From NCBI GenBank assembly GCA_963741925.1, contig CAVUJU010000002.1:595978-659977 (forward strand): DNA of 64,000 nucleotides, given 5' to 3'. Under the pieces are notes generated by a model that searched no databases, was not told where the DNA came from, and saw nothing but the letters and a program-made list of their open reading frames with translations. The stretch comes from an uncultured Acidobacteriota bacterium (lineage in GTDB: Bacteria > Acidobacteriota > Thermoanaerobaculia > Multivoradales > DATKCC01). Positions 41,501 through 51,401 of this stretch are shown here, in pieces; position 1 is the stretch's first letter, and each line of letters opens with the position of its first letter. Both the position numbers and the translations under genes were made by a program.

Positions 41501-42353
41501 TGGTGGTGCCGACGATCGACGGCGAGACGTTGGTCCACTCGGCCGGCCCGGCCGCGGGCAGCGGCGGCGTGCGCAGCTCGGGCGGCGTCACGCGGAAGGT
41601 GTCGAGCGACGAGAGCGTCAGGACGTTGCCGGTCGCGGGGTTGAACCCGATGCTGAGCTCGCCGGAGCCGCCGTTCGCCGCCGAGCCCTCCGGCGGGAAG
41701 AAGTTCTGGTAGCGCGGCACGCCCGGCGCGGTGGGCGTCGCCTGGCCGAACGAGCTGTCGCCGGCGACGGCCACGCCGGCGACCAGCTCGGCGGTGACGC
41801 TCACCGTCTCGCCGCTGGGCGTGTACGGCACGACCTTGACGGTGAACGTCCGGGTGCCGCCCGACGTCCGGAGACTCGTCTTCTCCGGGTTCGCGGTGCT
41901 GGCGCTCTGGCTCCGCGCGGCCTGCGAGCCGTCGGTGCCGGTCACCGTCCCGTCGTAGACGTAGAGGTCGTAGTCCGAAGCGCCGGTGCCGGTGTCGCCC
42001 CAGCTCAGCGTGATCTGGACGAGCTCGCCCGGATGGGTGTCCGCGAAGTCGCTCGGCAGGGCGACGGTCAAGGCGAAATCGTCGCACGGCTGGACCGGGT
42101 TCGAGCACTCGGGCCCGCTGTCGAGGAGGGGGACCGGGGTCGGGTTGGCGAGCGGGAACGGCCCGGCGGTGTACGTCACGGGGCCGGAGGTGTCGGTCAG
42201 GGTGCCGCTCGCGGGGGTGGCCGCGCGGGCCGCCGGCGCGAGCAGGAGGCAGGCGAGCACCGGGGTGGCGAGCCACCCGGGGATCGCGGATCGGTGAAGG
42301 CGACGAGCCGGTCGAGACGGCGGTCGTTGGCAGGTGTGCGTCATGTGCGTCAT
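38544..42353 (-). CDS. large secreted multidomain protein: BNR/Asp-box repeats plus FN3 and PKD domains
   Basis: Signal peptide. Asp-box SxDxGxTW motifs (SDDDGASW, SDDGGASF, SLDAGLTW, SHDHGATW, YDGGRTW). An FN3-like segment (AWNAPDDGGADIAAYEVYRG...YYYQVVAVN) and a PKD-like segment (VDFDASGSSDPDPGDSVASYTFDFGD). Confidence 0.6.
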   Translation of the reverse strand: MTHMTHTCQRPPSRPARRLHRSAIPGWLATPVLACLLLAPAARAATPASGTLTDTSGPVTYTAGPFPLANPTPVPLLDSGPECSNPVQPCDDFALTVALPSDFADTHPGELVQITLSWGDTGTGASDYDLYVYDGTVTGTDGSQAARSQSASTANPEKTSLRTSGGTRTFTVKVVPYTPSGETVSVTAELVAGVAVAGDSSFGQATPTAPGVPRYQNFFPPEGSAANGGSGELSIGFNPATGNVLTLSSLDTFRVTPPELRTPPLPAAGPAEWTNVSPSIVGTTTLDPILHTDQVTGRTFESMQTTGAEALFAYSDDDGASWIQASAAPPNGGADHQTLGTGPYPALVPVPNPAYPNALYYCSQDAVGPAFCQRSDDGGASFEPGVPIYDGIAVTDCGGLHGHVKVGPDGAVYVPVPQCGDHQGGVVSLDAGLTWSQFLIPESQSFAGGSTDPSIAIDADDTVYECYVDGQGPEHHVHVAVSHDHGATWSDDTDLGAAVGVINAVFPEAVAGDAGRAACGFLGTDAAGNHESLDFPGSWYLFIATTYDGGRTWTTVNATPGDPVQGAGGIWNSGGGNPNRNLLDFNEVTIDDHGRVLFGYDDGCVSDTCIESGGAANDFVAYQRVARQTGGKPLFARFDPVEPAVPGAPYLAGTRTAAKADLAWNAPDDGGADIAAYEVYRGTASGAESLLATVGGDKTGYQDAAVDPSEPAYYYQVVAVNAQGEGAASNEAVLEVAGGQTVSVCDPPGPTLLTDAGGDSLTATPGTDLKSLQVAQPFAADGRIALRFQLDTDPGQVPQPPDSYWYVSFKEPDGQVHGVRMVFEATSPLAPAFQSYVASPNTSGGVDGRFVASGSEKPADPASFYDAAHGAVVIVVPIADLGLAPGDTITGFNAAAVQAANTPVGGAAATVDEMPDGLVYQGSLTVQDNASCAPNTPPLAALAASPTAGSVPLTVDFDASGSSDPDPGDSVASYTFDFGDESAPVTQATPTVSHTYQEEGTFRASLTVTDSHDARSQNAATATITVEPSPPTCFEDDDPHLAYDGGWHTVNDAGASGGHFRLLSARGGQHGMSFAFDSASDQGELDYAFATSTKGGSADVYLDGELAGTVSYQGGSGSLRDPQLGATATFAVAGAGSHTFELRNVTGGAYVDELCVSGGSASARATSGPGETTSDTRQVSAGQQLAAGLTVPTDALSVAVVAEADGDVPFRLLVLDPSGQVLDAVDSSTDGLASLEVPVTVPGLYLVQVVNVGLQPVTVWTAATPQVQK

Positions 42354-42566
42354 GGCGGAGTCTCCTGGTCGGTGCTGGAGTCTTCTTGCGTCCCGGCGAG
42401 CGGGGGGCACCGGCTCACACGGCCGAAGCCCCGCCGCCGCGGCGGGCGGATCTCACACCACGAGCTTCGAGCCTTCCGTCGCTCCGGACCATCCGGAGCT
42501 TCTCCTCAGAGAGGATGGGGAGATTCCCCCAGGGGCCGCCCCGTCGGCCTGCCGGACGGCGGCGTC

Positions 42567-43295
42567 CTACAGGGTCGTGGCGATGCGGGTGGGCTGGGCG
42601 ATGCCCAGGGTCGTGAAGATGTGGCGGATGTAGGTGCGGGTCTCGCGGAAGGGAGGGACGCCCCGGTAGCGCTCCACCGTGCCCTCGCCGGCGTTGTAGG
42701 CGGCGAGGGCCAGGGAGAGGTCGCCGTCGAAGCGGTCGAGCAGCCACCCCAGGTAGCTCGCCCCGGCGTCGACGTTGGCCGCCGCATCGAAGACGTCGGC
42801 CGCGCCCAGGCCGAAGCGCCGGGCGGTGGCGGGCATGAGCTGCATCAGGCCGCGGGCGCCCTTGGCCGAGAGCGCCCGCACGTCGAACGCGGACTCGGCC
42901 CGCACCACGGCGGCCACCAGCTCGGGGTCGAGGCCGTGCCGGCGCGCCGCCTGGTAGATCTCACGGCCGTAGGGGACCTGGGGCACGGGCAGCCCGTCGG
43001 AGAAGCGCCAGCTCCGGTCCGGCGCGGCGGCGGACGGCTCCGGCGGATCGGGCGGCACCCACTCGTCGTCGACGACGTTGGCGACCCGGTCGAGGGGCAG
43101 GGTGATCCGGCCGCCCGCGCGCAAGGTGAGGCGGGCCGAGTCCCCGCGCGTCTCGTAGGAGGTGACCTTGTAGAAGCGGCCGTCGTCGAGCACCACGAGC
43201 TCGGCCCGGAGCGCCGGGGCGAACAGACACAGGGCGAGGCCCGCGCTCAGCACGCGGGTCACCCACCGTCCCCTTCGCCTCGTCGCTTCGCTCAT
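42567..43295 (-). CDS. lytic transglycosylase (SLT domain) with signal peptide
   Basis: ESAFDVRALSAKGARGLMQLMPATA...AYNAG matches the Slt catalytic motif ES...S..GA.GLMQ. Confidence 0.75.
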   Translation of the reverse strand: MSEATRRRGRWVTRVLSAGLALCLFAPALRAELVVLDDGRFYKVTSYETRGDSARLTLRAGGRITLPLDRVANVVDDEWVPPDPPEPSAAAPDRSWRFSDGLPVPQVPYGREIYQAARRHGLDPELVAAVVRAESAFDVRALSAKGARGLMQLMPATARRFGLGAADVFDAAANVDAGASYLGWLLDRFDGDLSLALAAYNAGEGTVERYRGVPPFRETRTYIRHIFTTLGIAQPTRIATTL

Positions 43296-43382
43296 CGCTC
43301 GCTGCTTGTAACTCGGTTCGGCCTCGCTCTTATTCTACCTAGGAAGCTTCGCCTCGAGCCGACGCGGCGTCTGCAACACCTC

Positions 43383-43590
43383 CGGCTTTGTCGATCGCTG
43401 CTCCCCCGCCCACGTCCAGCGATCGAGCTTGCACGCAACCCAACGGCTACTCCAGACCGCTGGATTCATCGGATCGCCCCCCTCACCCTCGGTCCCTCTC
43501 CCACCCTCCGGGGGGCGAGGGACGCCCCCTCCCGGGTCTCAACTCCGCTCGAAAACTTGACTCGCCTGTCACGAAGTGCGGCTTTGTCGA
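43383..43590. repeat. ~184-bp copy of the composite dispersed repeat flanked by a 12-bp direct repeat (C/G)GGCTTTGTCGA (MITE-like)
   Basis: Direct repeats at 43383-43394 and 43579-43590. The interior is ~85% identical to 34412-34600. Confidence 0.6.
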
Positions 43591-43609
43591 CGTCCACGCA
43601 GGTCGCGGC

Positions 43610-45241
43610 TCAGCGGTTCCTGACGAGGAGCACGTCGCGCCCGGCGAGGTGGGTCTCGTCGATCACCCGGGCCCGCGCGCGCGCCGGCGCCGGCATGTCG
43701 TCGAAGCCGGCGCGGCTCGCGACCGCCCAGACCTCGGCGGGCTGGGCGAGGTGCTCGGCGAGGCGCTCGGGATCCTCGGTCTCGACCGTGTAGACGCCGT
43801 CGCCGTAGAAGGCGAAGGCCTCGGGCAGGTTGCTGAGATCGAGGGCCAGCACCCGGTGGCCGGCGGCCCGGGAGTCGGCGGTGGCGGCGGCCATCCGCTC
43901 GGCGAAAGGGCGCGCCGACTTGATCGGCTCGAGAGCCGGATAGAGGAAGGTCACGGCGAAGAGCAGGCCCGCCGCCAGGCCCGCCGCCGGGGCGAGGGCC
44001 GCCCGGAGCGCGAGCCCGCGGCCGCTGGCCCAGAGGGCGGCCGCGCCGGCTGCGAAGAGGACGCCCGCGATCACCAGCGCCATCCAGTAGGGCGCCTCCT
44101 CCCGCCCCCGGGCGACGAAAGGCAGGGCGAGGCCGACGAGGACGAACAGCGAGCCCACGGCGATCTGGCCGGCGAAGAGCCAGCGCCGGTCGATGGGCGC
44201 GTCGGCATGGCGCCCGCCGCGACGCAGCGAGACGACGGCGTCGACCAGCCCCGCCACCAGCAGGGCGAAGGCGGGCACCGCGGGCAGGGCATAGAGCTCG
44301 CGCTTCTCGGGCGAGATCGAGAAGAAGACCACCACGAAGAGGGCGGCCACGAGCAGGAACCGGTCGCTCGGCCGGCGCCGGCGCCAGGCGAGGACCAGGG
44401 CGCCGGGCACCAGGCCGGACCAGGGCAGGAGCTGCACCGGCAGGACCTCGAGGAAGTACCAGGGCGGCTGCTTGTGGTGCATGCCGTGGAGCGCCCTCCC
44501 GATGAAGTGCTTCTGGAGTGCGCCCCAGACCGAGTACTCGCCGTGGCCGCCGACGGTGGCCGCCACCATCCAGGCCGCCACCACGGCGAGGAACAGGAGC
44601 GGCCCGACGACCGGCGCGAAGCGCTTCCACTCCTTGAGGCGGCGGTCGAAGGCGAGGGTGACCAGGGCGATGCCCAGGGGCAGGAGGAACCCCACCGGCC
44701 CCTTGGCCAGGACGGCGAGGGCCGCGGCGAGCCAGAAGAGCAGCCCCGCCCGGCGGCCCCGGACGTCGCCGGCACGCCACGCCTCGAAGGCCGAAAGGGA
44801 GATCCAGATCAGGAAGCACAGGAGCGAGTCGATCTGGCTCCAGCGCGCCTTGTCCCAAAACATCAGGGTGGTGGCGAGGACGAGGCCCGAGAGCCAGGCG
44901 AGGCGCTCGCCTCGCTCGCCTCCGAAGCGCCGCGCCAGGCGCATCGCCAGCAGGAGCGTCCCGAGGGCGGCGAGGACCGACGGCAGGCGCGCGGTCCAGG
45001 GGGTCACCCGGCCCACCGCGAGCGAGCCCAGGGCGATCAGCCAGAAGAAGAGCGGCGGCTTGTCGGTGGTCACGACGCCGTTGACGTGGGGCACCCACCA
45101 CTGGCCGTCGACCACCATCTCCCGGGCACCCTCGGCGAAGTAGGGCTCGTCCGGGGCCCAGAGGTCGTGCCCTCCCAGGTGCCAGAGGAAGAGAAGCGCC
45201 GCCCCGGCCAGGACCAGGCGGCTGGCGTTCCGCCCGGTCAT
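43610..45241 (-). CDS. ArnT/PMT-like (GT39/GT83 family) membrane glycosyltransferase
   Basis: 543 aa, about 12 TM helices. N-terminal HDLWAPDEPYFAEGAREM and the VTTDKPPLFFW motif are typical of ArnT-like transferases. ATGA overlap with the asnB stop. Confidence 0.65.
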   Translation of the reverse strand: MTGRNASRLVLAGAALLFLWHLGGHDLWAPDEPYFAEGAREMVVDGQWWVPHVNGVVTTDKPPLFFWLIALGSLAVGRVTPWTARLPSVLAALGTLLLAMRLARRFGGERGERLAWLSGLVLATTLMFWDKARWSQIDSLLCFLIWISLSAFEAWRAGDVRGRRAGLLFWLAAALAVLAKGPVGFLLPLGIALVTLAFDRRLKEWKRFAPVVGPLLFLAVVAAWMVAATVGGHGEYSVWGALQKHFIGRALHGMHHKQPPWYFLEVLPVQLLPWSGLVPGALVLAWRRRRPSDRFLLVAALFVVVFFSISPEKRELYALPAVPAFALLVAGLVDAVVSLRRGGRHADAPIDRRWLFAGQIAVGSLFVLVGLALPFVARGREEAPYWMALVIAGVLFAAGAAALWASGRGLALRAALAPAAGLAAGLLFAVTFLYPALEPIKSARPFAERMAAATADSRAAGHRVLALDLSNLPEAFAFYGDGVYTVETEDPERLAEHLAQPAEVWAVASRAGFDDMPAPARARARVIDETHLAGRDVLLVRNR

Positions 45242-47215
45242 GAGGCCGCGGCGCGGACGGCCCGGTCGGTGAGAGCGGGCTCGCGCCCCGCCTCCTCGTA
45301 CGGCACGGCGGCGCCCTCGCCGAACGTCCGGTCGCACCAGAGGTCGAGGGCGAGGAGCGTGAAGAGGGGCTTCCGGTGATCCGCCACCCGCGCCTGGTGC
45401 TCGCCGATCAGGCGGTCGACCGCCTCGAAGGTGAAGAGCCCCCGCGCTGCCACCCGCTCGCGCGAGAAGCGCTGCCGCAGCGTCTCGCCGAGGCCGTGGA
45501 GCACCCAGCGGGAGAACGGGATGTTGAAGCCGCGCTTCCGCCGCTCGAGGACCGCTGCCGGCAGCCGCCCGCGCACCGTGCGGCGGAGGATCGCCTTGGT
45601 GGTCAGGCGCCGCACCTTCCAGCGCGACGGCATGCCCGCCACGAGCTGGGCGAGCTCGTGATCGAGGAAGGGCGCCCGGGCCTCGAGCGAAGCGAGCATG
45701 CTGGCGCGATCGACCTTGGTCAGGAGGTCGTCCTGGAGGTAGAGGGTGAAGTCGGTGTAGAGGAGCTCGGCCAGCGGGTCGGCGAGGGGGTGCGGCGCCC
45801 CGCCCACCGCGAACGGCAGCGCCAGCTCCGCCTCCCCCACCGTCTCGGCGAGCCCGGGCGCGAGGAGGGTGCGCAGGCGGTCCGGGTGGATGCTCCCGAA
45901 CCAGGCCTGGTGGCGCTCGAGGCGCGGGCGGTCGAGGCCGCCGGCGAAGCACTGGACCAGGTAGTCCATGGCCACGTTGCCCATGGAGACCGGCGTGAGG
46001 CGGCGCAGGCCGCGGACGGCGCCGTTCCGGAGGCCGGCGGGGACCCGCGCCAGGACGTCGGCGAGGCGGTGGCCGAGGTAGGTCGGGTAGCCGCCGAAAA
46101 GCTCGTCGGCCCCCTCGCCCGAGAGCACCACCTTGACCCGCTCGCGGGCGAAGCGCGAGAGCAGGTAGGTGGGGATCGTCGAGGCGTCGCCCAAGGGCTC
46201 GTCCATCTCGGCCCCGATGTGGCGGAGCCCCTCCTCGAGGTCGCTCTCGCCGAGCACCAGCTCGTGGAAGTCGGCCCCGAAGGCGCGGGCGGTCTCGCGG
46301 GCGAAGCCGGACTCGTCGAAAGCCGTGTCGGCGTGGCCGATCGAGAAGGCCGGCACCCCCGAGCCGTGGATCTCGGCGAGGTAGGCGAGGACGGTCGAAG
46401 AGTCGAGGCCGCCCGAGAGGAAGACGCCGTAGGGCACGTCGCTCCGCGAGCGGCGGCGGACCGCCCGGACCAGGTGGTCGTCGAGCTGGGCGACGAGCTC
46501 TCCGGCCGAGCGCCGATCCCGGGCGCCCGGGGCGGCGTACCAGTCGGCCAGGTCCCAGTAGCGGGAGACCTCGACCTTCCCCTCTCGGGAGAGCAGGACG
46601 TGGCCGGCGGGTAGCTTGTGGACGCCCTGGAGCGGCGAGCGCGGCGCCGGGATGTAGCCGTGGGCGAGGTAGCGCACCAGGGCCACCGGGTCGAGGCGCG
46701 CCGGAACCCGCGGGTGGGCGAGGAGCGCGCGGACCTCCGAGGCGAAGAGCAGGTGGCTGCCGTCGCTCCAGTAGAAGAGCGGCTTCTCGCCGGCGCGGTC
46801 GCGGCCGAGCATCAGGGTCCGGCTCCCCGAGTCCCAGACCGCGAAGGCGAACATCCCGTTGAGCCGGTCGACCAGCGCCGGGCCGTGCTCCTCCCAGAGG
46901 TGGAGCACGACCTCGGTGTCGACCGCGGTCCGGAAGCGGTGGCCTTGGGCCTCGAGCTTCTCGGCGCAGCTCGTCGCTGTTGTAGATCTGGCCGTTACAC
47001 ACGCACAGGACCGTGCCGGTTTCGTTCCGGAACGGGCCGGAGGCGGCCGGCAGGTCGACGATCGCCAGGCGGGCGAGGCCGATGACGCAGTCGCCCTCGG
47101 CGGCGAGCCCGGAGCCGTCCGGGCCGCGGTGCGCCAGCGTCTCGAGCATTCGCTGGGCGGGCTCGGTGCCGCGCTCGCGGACCTCCGGTCCGAGGATGCC
47201 GATGATGCCGCACAT
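45238..47215 (-). pseudogene. asnB: asparagine synthase (glutamine-hydrolysing) with a +1 frameshift near 46957
   Basis: The N-terminal glutaminase domain MCGIIGILG...HRGPDGSG...[18 protein letters not shown] lies in one frame. The remainder ([26 protein letters not shown]...SGGLDSS...) lies in the adjacent frame. Removing one C in ctcgagCttctcgg joins them. Confidence 0.65.
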
Positions 47216-47293
47216 GGTGAGGTCGTCGAGGTCGGGGGCGCGGGCCGGGTTCGGGCGTGAGTGCCCGGCTACTATACGCGATCGGAGCGGCCG

Positions 47294-48205
<912 letters not shown>

Positions 48206-48235
48206 CGGCCGGGATGCTACCGCGCCGGCGGCGGC

Positions 48236-48475
48236 CTACGAGCTCTCTTCTCGCGCCTGGTCGATCAGCCGGACGAGGGCTTCCGCCGCATCCTTCTGGG
48301 AGGACGGCAGAGTTTCCCACAAGCTCCAGAAGGCCTCCTCCATGAGCTCGTAGGCCGGGTCCCCCTTGATCTGCGCCAACGCCATCAGGCGGCGCTTGGC
48401 GTCGGGTGTCAGTCGGGCCGTGAACGGCTCGAGGTCCCGGACCCGTCCGGCGCTTCCTGCTTTCTTCGCCGCCAT
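48236..48475 (-). CDS. 79-aa hypothetical protein (first ~37 codons duplicated at 61984-62092)
   Basis: MAAKKAGSAGRVRDLEPFTARLTPDAKRRLMALAQIKGD... Confidence 0.4.
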   Translation of the reverse strand: MAAKKAGSAGRVRDLEPFTARLTPDAKRRLMALAQIKGDPAYELMEEAFWSLWETLPSSQKDAAEALVRLIDQAREESS

Positions 48476-48599
48476 GGGCTAGAGCTTGGAAGAGAAGAGA
48501 CCTCGTTGTCAAGACAGTCGCCTGGTTGGATTCTTGGCGCTTTGATTCCTGTCCTGCGGCTCGGCCGGTTGACCCTTCCTGCTCGAGACCGCGAGATCC

Positions 48600-49280
48600 G
48601 GTTTCGCCGCCTTCGCTCCGAGAGGAGGAAGCCCCGGGAGTCGTAGTTGAAGAGCCGGGTCTGGGTGAACGAGGTCCCGGCGGCGTTCTTCGCCGTCTGG
48701 CTGACCCGCGCGAGGCGCGAACCCACGTCATAGGAATAGGTCGTCGTCGAGTCGCTGCCGTTCGGGTTCGCCGGCTCGAAGACCTGGTAGAGCCGCCCCT
48801 GGCGGTCGTAGATCTCGGTCGTGGTCGCCGAGGACTCGGTGACCGCCGTGCCGTTCCAGGCGGTGCCGACCTTCACCGTGCGATCGACCTGCCGGACGCC
48901 GTGGTAGGTCAGGGTCACGTCGTGGGCCGAGCCGTCGGGCGGCTGGATCAGCGTCGGGCGGCCGAAGGGGTCGAAGTTTCGATAGATCGTCGCGGAATTC
49001 GTCGCCCACCCGGTCTTCGACCTCACCCAGCCCGCCGCGTTGTAGTTGGTCGCCCGGCTCGAGATCGTGCCGTCGGCCATCGTCCGGCGCTCGAGGGAGA
49101 CCCGGCCCAGGCCGTCGAAGTCGAGCTCCCGGGTCGAGAGGGGCGAGCCGCCGCCGTGGGGCTTGCGGTAGATCCAGACCTTGGGCGGGTCGGTCGGGGC
49201 GCTGTAGAGGAACTGGGTCCGCCCTTCCTGGGCCGGCAGGACCAGGGTCGGCCGCCCGAGGACGTGTCCGGTTGGCAATC
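48600..49280 (-). pseudogene. truncated RHS/YD-repeat gene fragment (no start, no toxin tip)
   Basis: Encodes ...VLGRPTLVLPAQEGRTQFLYSAPTDPPKVWIYRKPHGGGSPL...FNYDSRGFLLSER, near-identical to the internal parts of 56199-61102 and 52259-55135, then diverges into non-coding read-through. Confidence 0.7.
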
Positions 49281-51315
49281 GGGATAGGCCCGGGCGAGCA
49301 AGCCCGCCCGGGTCCCCCCACAGATCCGGACGTGCGGATTTCCCGCATCCGGCTCCTCGTGACACGGGTTCGCTGCACGACGTCAAGCGGCGTGGACGAT
49401 CTTCGGCCGCGGCAAGGGGTAGGCGCCGAGGAGGCGGACGAACCGCTCCCAAGGCATCGACCTCTTGCCCGACCGCCGGTCGAGCCACTTGCGCCACTCG
49501 CGCGTGACCTGGCGGTAGAAGTTGTCGAGTGCGTGGAAGTTGCCGGTAATGCCGTAGTAACCGTAGTGGCCCTGCAGCGCTCGCGACAGCCGTCGCTGCT
49601 GCGTCGCCACGGGGTCGTGACGGCCCTGCCGACACCGTTCCCGCATCCGACTCATCGACCGAGCAAACCGACTCGCGGCCGTCGTGCGCTTGACCACCCA
49701 CGACCCTCGCTGGCGCCCACCCTTGCCCCAGAAGTGCGTGAACCCGAGGAAGACGAAGGTGCCCGGACCCTCGGGCCCGGACCCGTCGCTCCCCCACCGT
49801 GGCCGGCGGAAGCGCACCCGTCGCGTCTTCTCCGGGTGCAGGCGCAGACCGAAGCGGGCGAGCCGCTTCGGCAGCACCTCTTCCACCCGACGGGCGTCGT
49901 GCTCGTCGGCGAAGACGATCACCAGATCGTCCGCATACCGCACCAGCACAGCGCGCCCACGAAGCCGCGGTTGGACCTCTTCCTCCCACCACCGGTCCAC
50001 CACCTCGTGAAGGTAGACGTTGGCCAGCAAGGGCGAGATGACGCCTCCCTGCGGAGTCCCCGCCTCGGGGTGACGTACACGCCCCTCTTCCATCACACCC
50101 GCCTGCAGCCACTTGCCAATTGCCCTCCGGATCACGCCGTCGCGCACCCGGCGGTCGAGAAAAGACCTCAAGTGGTCCCGATCCAGCTCGTCGAAGAAGC
50201 TCTGGATGTCGACCTCCAGTACCCACCCACCCCCGAGCTCGGAGAGCTCCTTGCGCAGAACGCGCAGCGCATCGTGCGCCGAGCGACCGGGCCGAAAGCC
50301 GTACGAGCAGTCCAAGAAGTCCTCCTCGTAGATGGCCTCCAGCACCATCGTCACCGCACGCTGCAGCACCTTGTCTTCGAAGGTGGGGATCCCGATCGCA
50401 CGGGTCTCCGACCCGGTGCCTTTCGGAATGTGAGCCCGCTGGACCGGCGGCGCTCGGTAGAGGCCTGACTTGAAGCGGTCGAGAAGCGACCGGAGGTTGC
50501 CCCCGAGGTTCTCCTCGTACTGCTTCGCCGTCCGGCCGTCGATGCCTGGCGCTCCGTCCTTGCGGGTCCGGGAGTAGGCCTCCCAGAGCCAGTGCTCGTC
50601 GATGTAGTGAGCCAGACTGAGAAACGACCGCTCGTGGTCCTCCCTCGCCAGCCTCGCTATCCGACGAAGTCGCGTTGAGATGCTCCCGAGATTCGGCGAT
50701 CCCGACATCGTTCCCCTCGTTCGGTTCCGTGTCCCGGAGCCCCCCTTCCCTCCACCGGGTCCCTTGGGTCGGTTCCCCGGCTTCCACGGTACTACGGGGG
50801 CTCTCTGACTCCCCACCACCCTTCCCGCCGGGCTCGGTTTCCTTCGCCGGGCGGTACCGCCTGTGCGACCGCTCCTTCGCTCCCGGGGTGCGCGGTCGGC
50901 CTCGACCACGGGCCTGGATCTTGGGTCAGCCGGGACCCTCACCGGCACGTTCTTCGGCGGAGATGGAAGGGCCTCCCAGGTTCCTGGAGGGACCCTTGGA
51001 CGTATGCCGTGCTCTCTGACCCCGGCCGAGCCCTTGCGCCAGGCCATTGCGGCGCTCGGGTGCTGTCGCCCGTTCCACTACAAGGACGACCTCAGCGAGA
51101 CGTGCATTTCGAGGCTCCATCACACGGCCTCCGCCCTCGCTGTCTACGCTTCGCAGGTGCCCTTGCGGTGCCGCCCACGCAAGACTCGCTTCTGGCTGGT
51201 GGCCAACCTTTGCCAGGCGGGGCTCACACCCGCCGGGTCCCATCTGGAAAGTTTCCGGCTCTGTTGACCCGCGTCTACATCACCTTCCTCCTTCCCCAGG
51301 CTTTGCCTGGCGCAC
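49280..51315 (-). mobile_element. group II intron (~2.0 kb) with intron-encoded RT/maturase
   Basis: The reverse-strand 5' end is GTGCGCCAGGCAAAGCC (51315 downward). The domain V hairpin GAGCCGGATGCGGGAAATCCGCACGTCCGGATCT lies at 49302-49338, followed by a domain VI-like helix. The IEP ORF lies in the domain IV position. Confidence 0.75.
49383..50708 (-). CDS. group II intron-encoded reverse transcriptase/maturase (no En domain evident)
   Basis: RT motifs RAIGIPTFEDKVLQ, PQGGVISPLLANVYL, RYADDLVIVF and the maturase/X region WLQAG...FLGFTHFW. SD GAGGGGAA precedes the ATG at 50708. Confidence 0.85.
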   Translation of the reverse strand: MSGSPNLGSISTRLRRIARLAREDHERSFLSLAHYIDEHWLWEAYSRTRKDGAPGIDGRTAKQYEENLGGNLRSLLDRFKSGLYRAPPVQRAHIPKGTGSETRAIGIPTFEDKVLQRAVTMVLEAIYEEDFLDCSYGFRPGRSAHDALRVLRKELSELGGGWVLEVDIQSFFDELDRDHLRSFLDRRVRDGVIRRAIGKWLQAGVMEEGRVRHPEAGTPQGGVISPLLANVYLHEVVDRWWEEEVQPRLRGRAVLVRYADDLVIVFADEHDARRVEEVLPKRLARFGLRLHPEKTRRVRFRRPRWGSDGSGPEGPGTFVFLGFTHFWGKGGRQRGSWVVKRTTAASRFARSMSRMRERCRQGRHDPVATQQRRLSRALQGHYGYYGITGNFHALDNFYRQVTREWRKWLDRRSGKRSMPWERFVRLLGAYPLPRPKIVHAA

Positions 51316-51401
51316 AGTGGCTGGCACCTCTCCGCCGGCACCAGGGTCGGCCGCCCGCGAGGACGTCACCGGTTGAAAGGCGGCTGGCACCTCTCTACAG
51401 C

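Noticed and set aside
38940-43793. 1617-aa plus-strand ORF
   Set aside because: Antisense to the BNR/FN3/PKD protein and SLT genes, with no domain signatures.
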